Source of the DNA: a virus
Lineage: Duplodnaviria; Caudoviricetes
Strand: one strand, 5' to 3'
DNA: 35,039 bases
IMG/VR virus record: IMGVR_UViG_3300035039_000258
Coordinates: 1-35,039 of that record
The notes under the pieces are model-generated. The model saw only the letters and a list, made by a program, of their open reading frames with translations, was not told the DNA's origin and did no database searches. This document shows positions 33,989-35,039 of the stretch, piece after piece; within the stretch, counting starts at the first letter, position 1; each line of letters begins with the position of its first letter. The position numbers and the translations under genes were made by a program.

Positions 33989-35039
33989 ATGCCGAGTTTT
34001 CCTAATGGGGGAACAATTACAGAGGCTGGTTTGGCCTTACGGGCAAAAGTTGAGGCTGGCGCTGAATTGAAGCTTGTCAACTGTCTCATGGGGGATGGTG
34101 TGGCGGCTCAAGGGACTGATCTTGCCACTTTGAGCGCGCTTCTGAATGAGCAAGCGAGCTGGAGTGTGGCGTCTGTGTTGGCTCTAGGGGATGGTGTGGC
34201 CCGGGCACGTACTAATATAAAGAATACGGGACTGACGACCGGTTTTTATGCAAAAGAGTGCGGCATTACCGCAGATGACCCGGACGATGGCGAAATTCTG
34301 TACGCTTATGCTGCCGCAGATCCTGGGGACTGGATACCGGCCGAGGCTGAAGCATTTCAACAGATTTTTGACATGCTTATTATATGTGGGAATGCAAGCA
34401 GCATCTCCGTCAGTATAGATGCCGGAGCGGCGGATCTGACCCTTGCGGATATGGAGGAGCATGAGGCAAAACAGCTTGATCCGACGGATACTGACGCGGT
34501 AAGGGACCGGCACCTTTCCAATGCCCAAGGTAAAGTTCTTCTGGATCATACCACAAACACGTCAAACCCACATGGAACAACAAAAACACATGTGGGGCTT
34601 GGGAACCTTCCGAACGCTAAAAGCGATTCAATAACATTGGGCTCTTCGGACACCCTGGCGACATCTGCGGCCGTAAAAGCTGAAAATGATGCTCTGGTAG
34701 CACATGTCGGCAACAAATCAAACCCCCATGCTGTAACCAAGGCGCAGGTTGGATTGGGCAATATTCCGAATGCTAAGAGCGATTCGATAGCCCTAAATTC
34801 TTCCGTGACCTTGGCAACGTCGGCGGCGGTCAAGAGGGAGAATGACGCCTTGACCGCCCATATTAACGATAAAAACAACCCCCACGAAATTGACCAGACT
34901 GTTTCACTTATCGGTAAAAGATCAACAAACGGAACCTGGACGCTAACCGGCTTAGATGTAGGAAAGCCGTTAATTATAGGGCTTTACACCACCCAGGATG
35001 GTGAATACGCTATAGCAGAATATCGAGTAACATCCGGTA
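33989..35039 (+). CDS. tail fibre protein, 3' truncated (not in ORF track)
   Basis: SD GGAGGG; MPSFPNGGTITEAGLAL...GFYAKECGITADDPDDGEILYAY collar domain; NPH..TK..VGLGN repeats; open to the window end. Confidence 0.9.
   Translation, partial: MPSFPNGGTITEAGLALRAKVEAGAELKLVNCLMGDGVAAQGTDLATLSALLNEQASWSVASVLALGDGVARARTNIKNTGLTTGFYAKECGITADDPDDGEILYAYAAADPGDWIPAEAEAFQQIFDMLIICGNASSISVSIDAGAADLTLADMEEHEAKQLDPTDTDAVRDRHLSNAQGKVLLDHTTNTSNPHGTTKTHVGLGNLPNAKSDSITLGSSDTLATSAAVKAENDALVAHVGNKSNPHAVTKAQVGLGNIPNAKSDSIALNSSVTLATSAAVKRENDALTAHINDKNNPHEIDQTVSLIGKRSTNGTWTLTGLDVGKPLIIGLYTTQDGEYAIAEYRVTSG
34565..34885 (+). repeat. 156-bp (52-aa) tandem repeat in tail fibre
   Basis: NPH codons start at 34565, 34721 and 34877; unit NPH.(T/V)TK..VGLGN.PNAKSDSI.L.SS.TLATSAAVK.ENDAL.AH. 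Confidence 0.9.

Larger units (their letters stand above)
1..35039. mobile_element. Mu-like transposable prophage with contractile tail, truncated at right window edge
   Basis: Repressor/Ner divergent switch, DDE transposase + AAA ATPase pair, DUF3164, GemA, then lysis-head-tail genes in Mu-like order; no host genes recognised. Exact left end not provable. Confidence 0.95.

Noticed and set aside
24721-35039. Tail cluster as tailocin, eCIS or T6SS
   Set aside because: Complete head, packaging and transposition modules are contiguous, so it is a prophage tail.
1-35039. tRNA, rRNA, reverse transcriptase/DGR, invertase, mom-like modification genes
   Set aside because: None recognised in this window; the prophage right end is missing, so absence from the element is not shown.

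Overview
The whole window is a Mu-like transposable prophage with a contractile tail, cut off at the right edge inside the tail-fibre gene. The left end (209-2406, minus strand) holds an XRE/CI-type repressor followed by accessory genes, including a lipoprotein and an AT-rich orphan. The early operon (2496-14527) has two Ner-like paralogues, an IclR-type HTH, a DUF3102-like protein, a MuA-like DDE transposase, a MuB/ExeA-like AAA+ ATPase, DUF3164, GemA, many small ORFs and a MerR/Xis-like HTH sitting where Mu has its late activator. The late operon (14701-35039) encodes amidase, holin-like protein, terminases, a portal-MuF fusion, protease/scaffold, capsid, neck, DUF2586-type sheath, tube, frameshifted tail chaperone, tape measure, baseplate and tail fibre. 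The most unusual signals are: (1) a terminase large subunit with an N-terminal signal-peptide/membrane-anchor segment; (2) several leftward sigma70-like promoters embedded in the rightward operons, driving two zinc-ribbon morons, an unannotated leaderless membrane peptide and a possible antisense RNA; (3) a near-identical 48-bp element after two diverged ner paralogues; (4) a possible -1 frameshift fusing the repressor to a Cys-rich ORF. All family assignments come from motif recognition and synteny by eye; no database searches were run.
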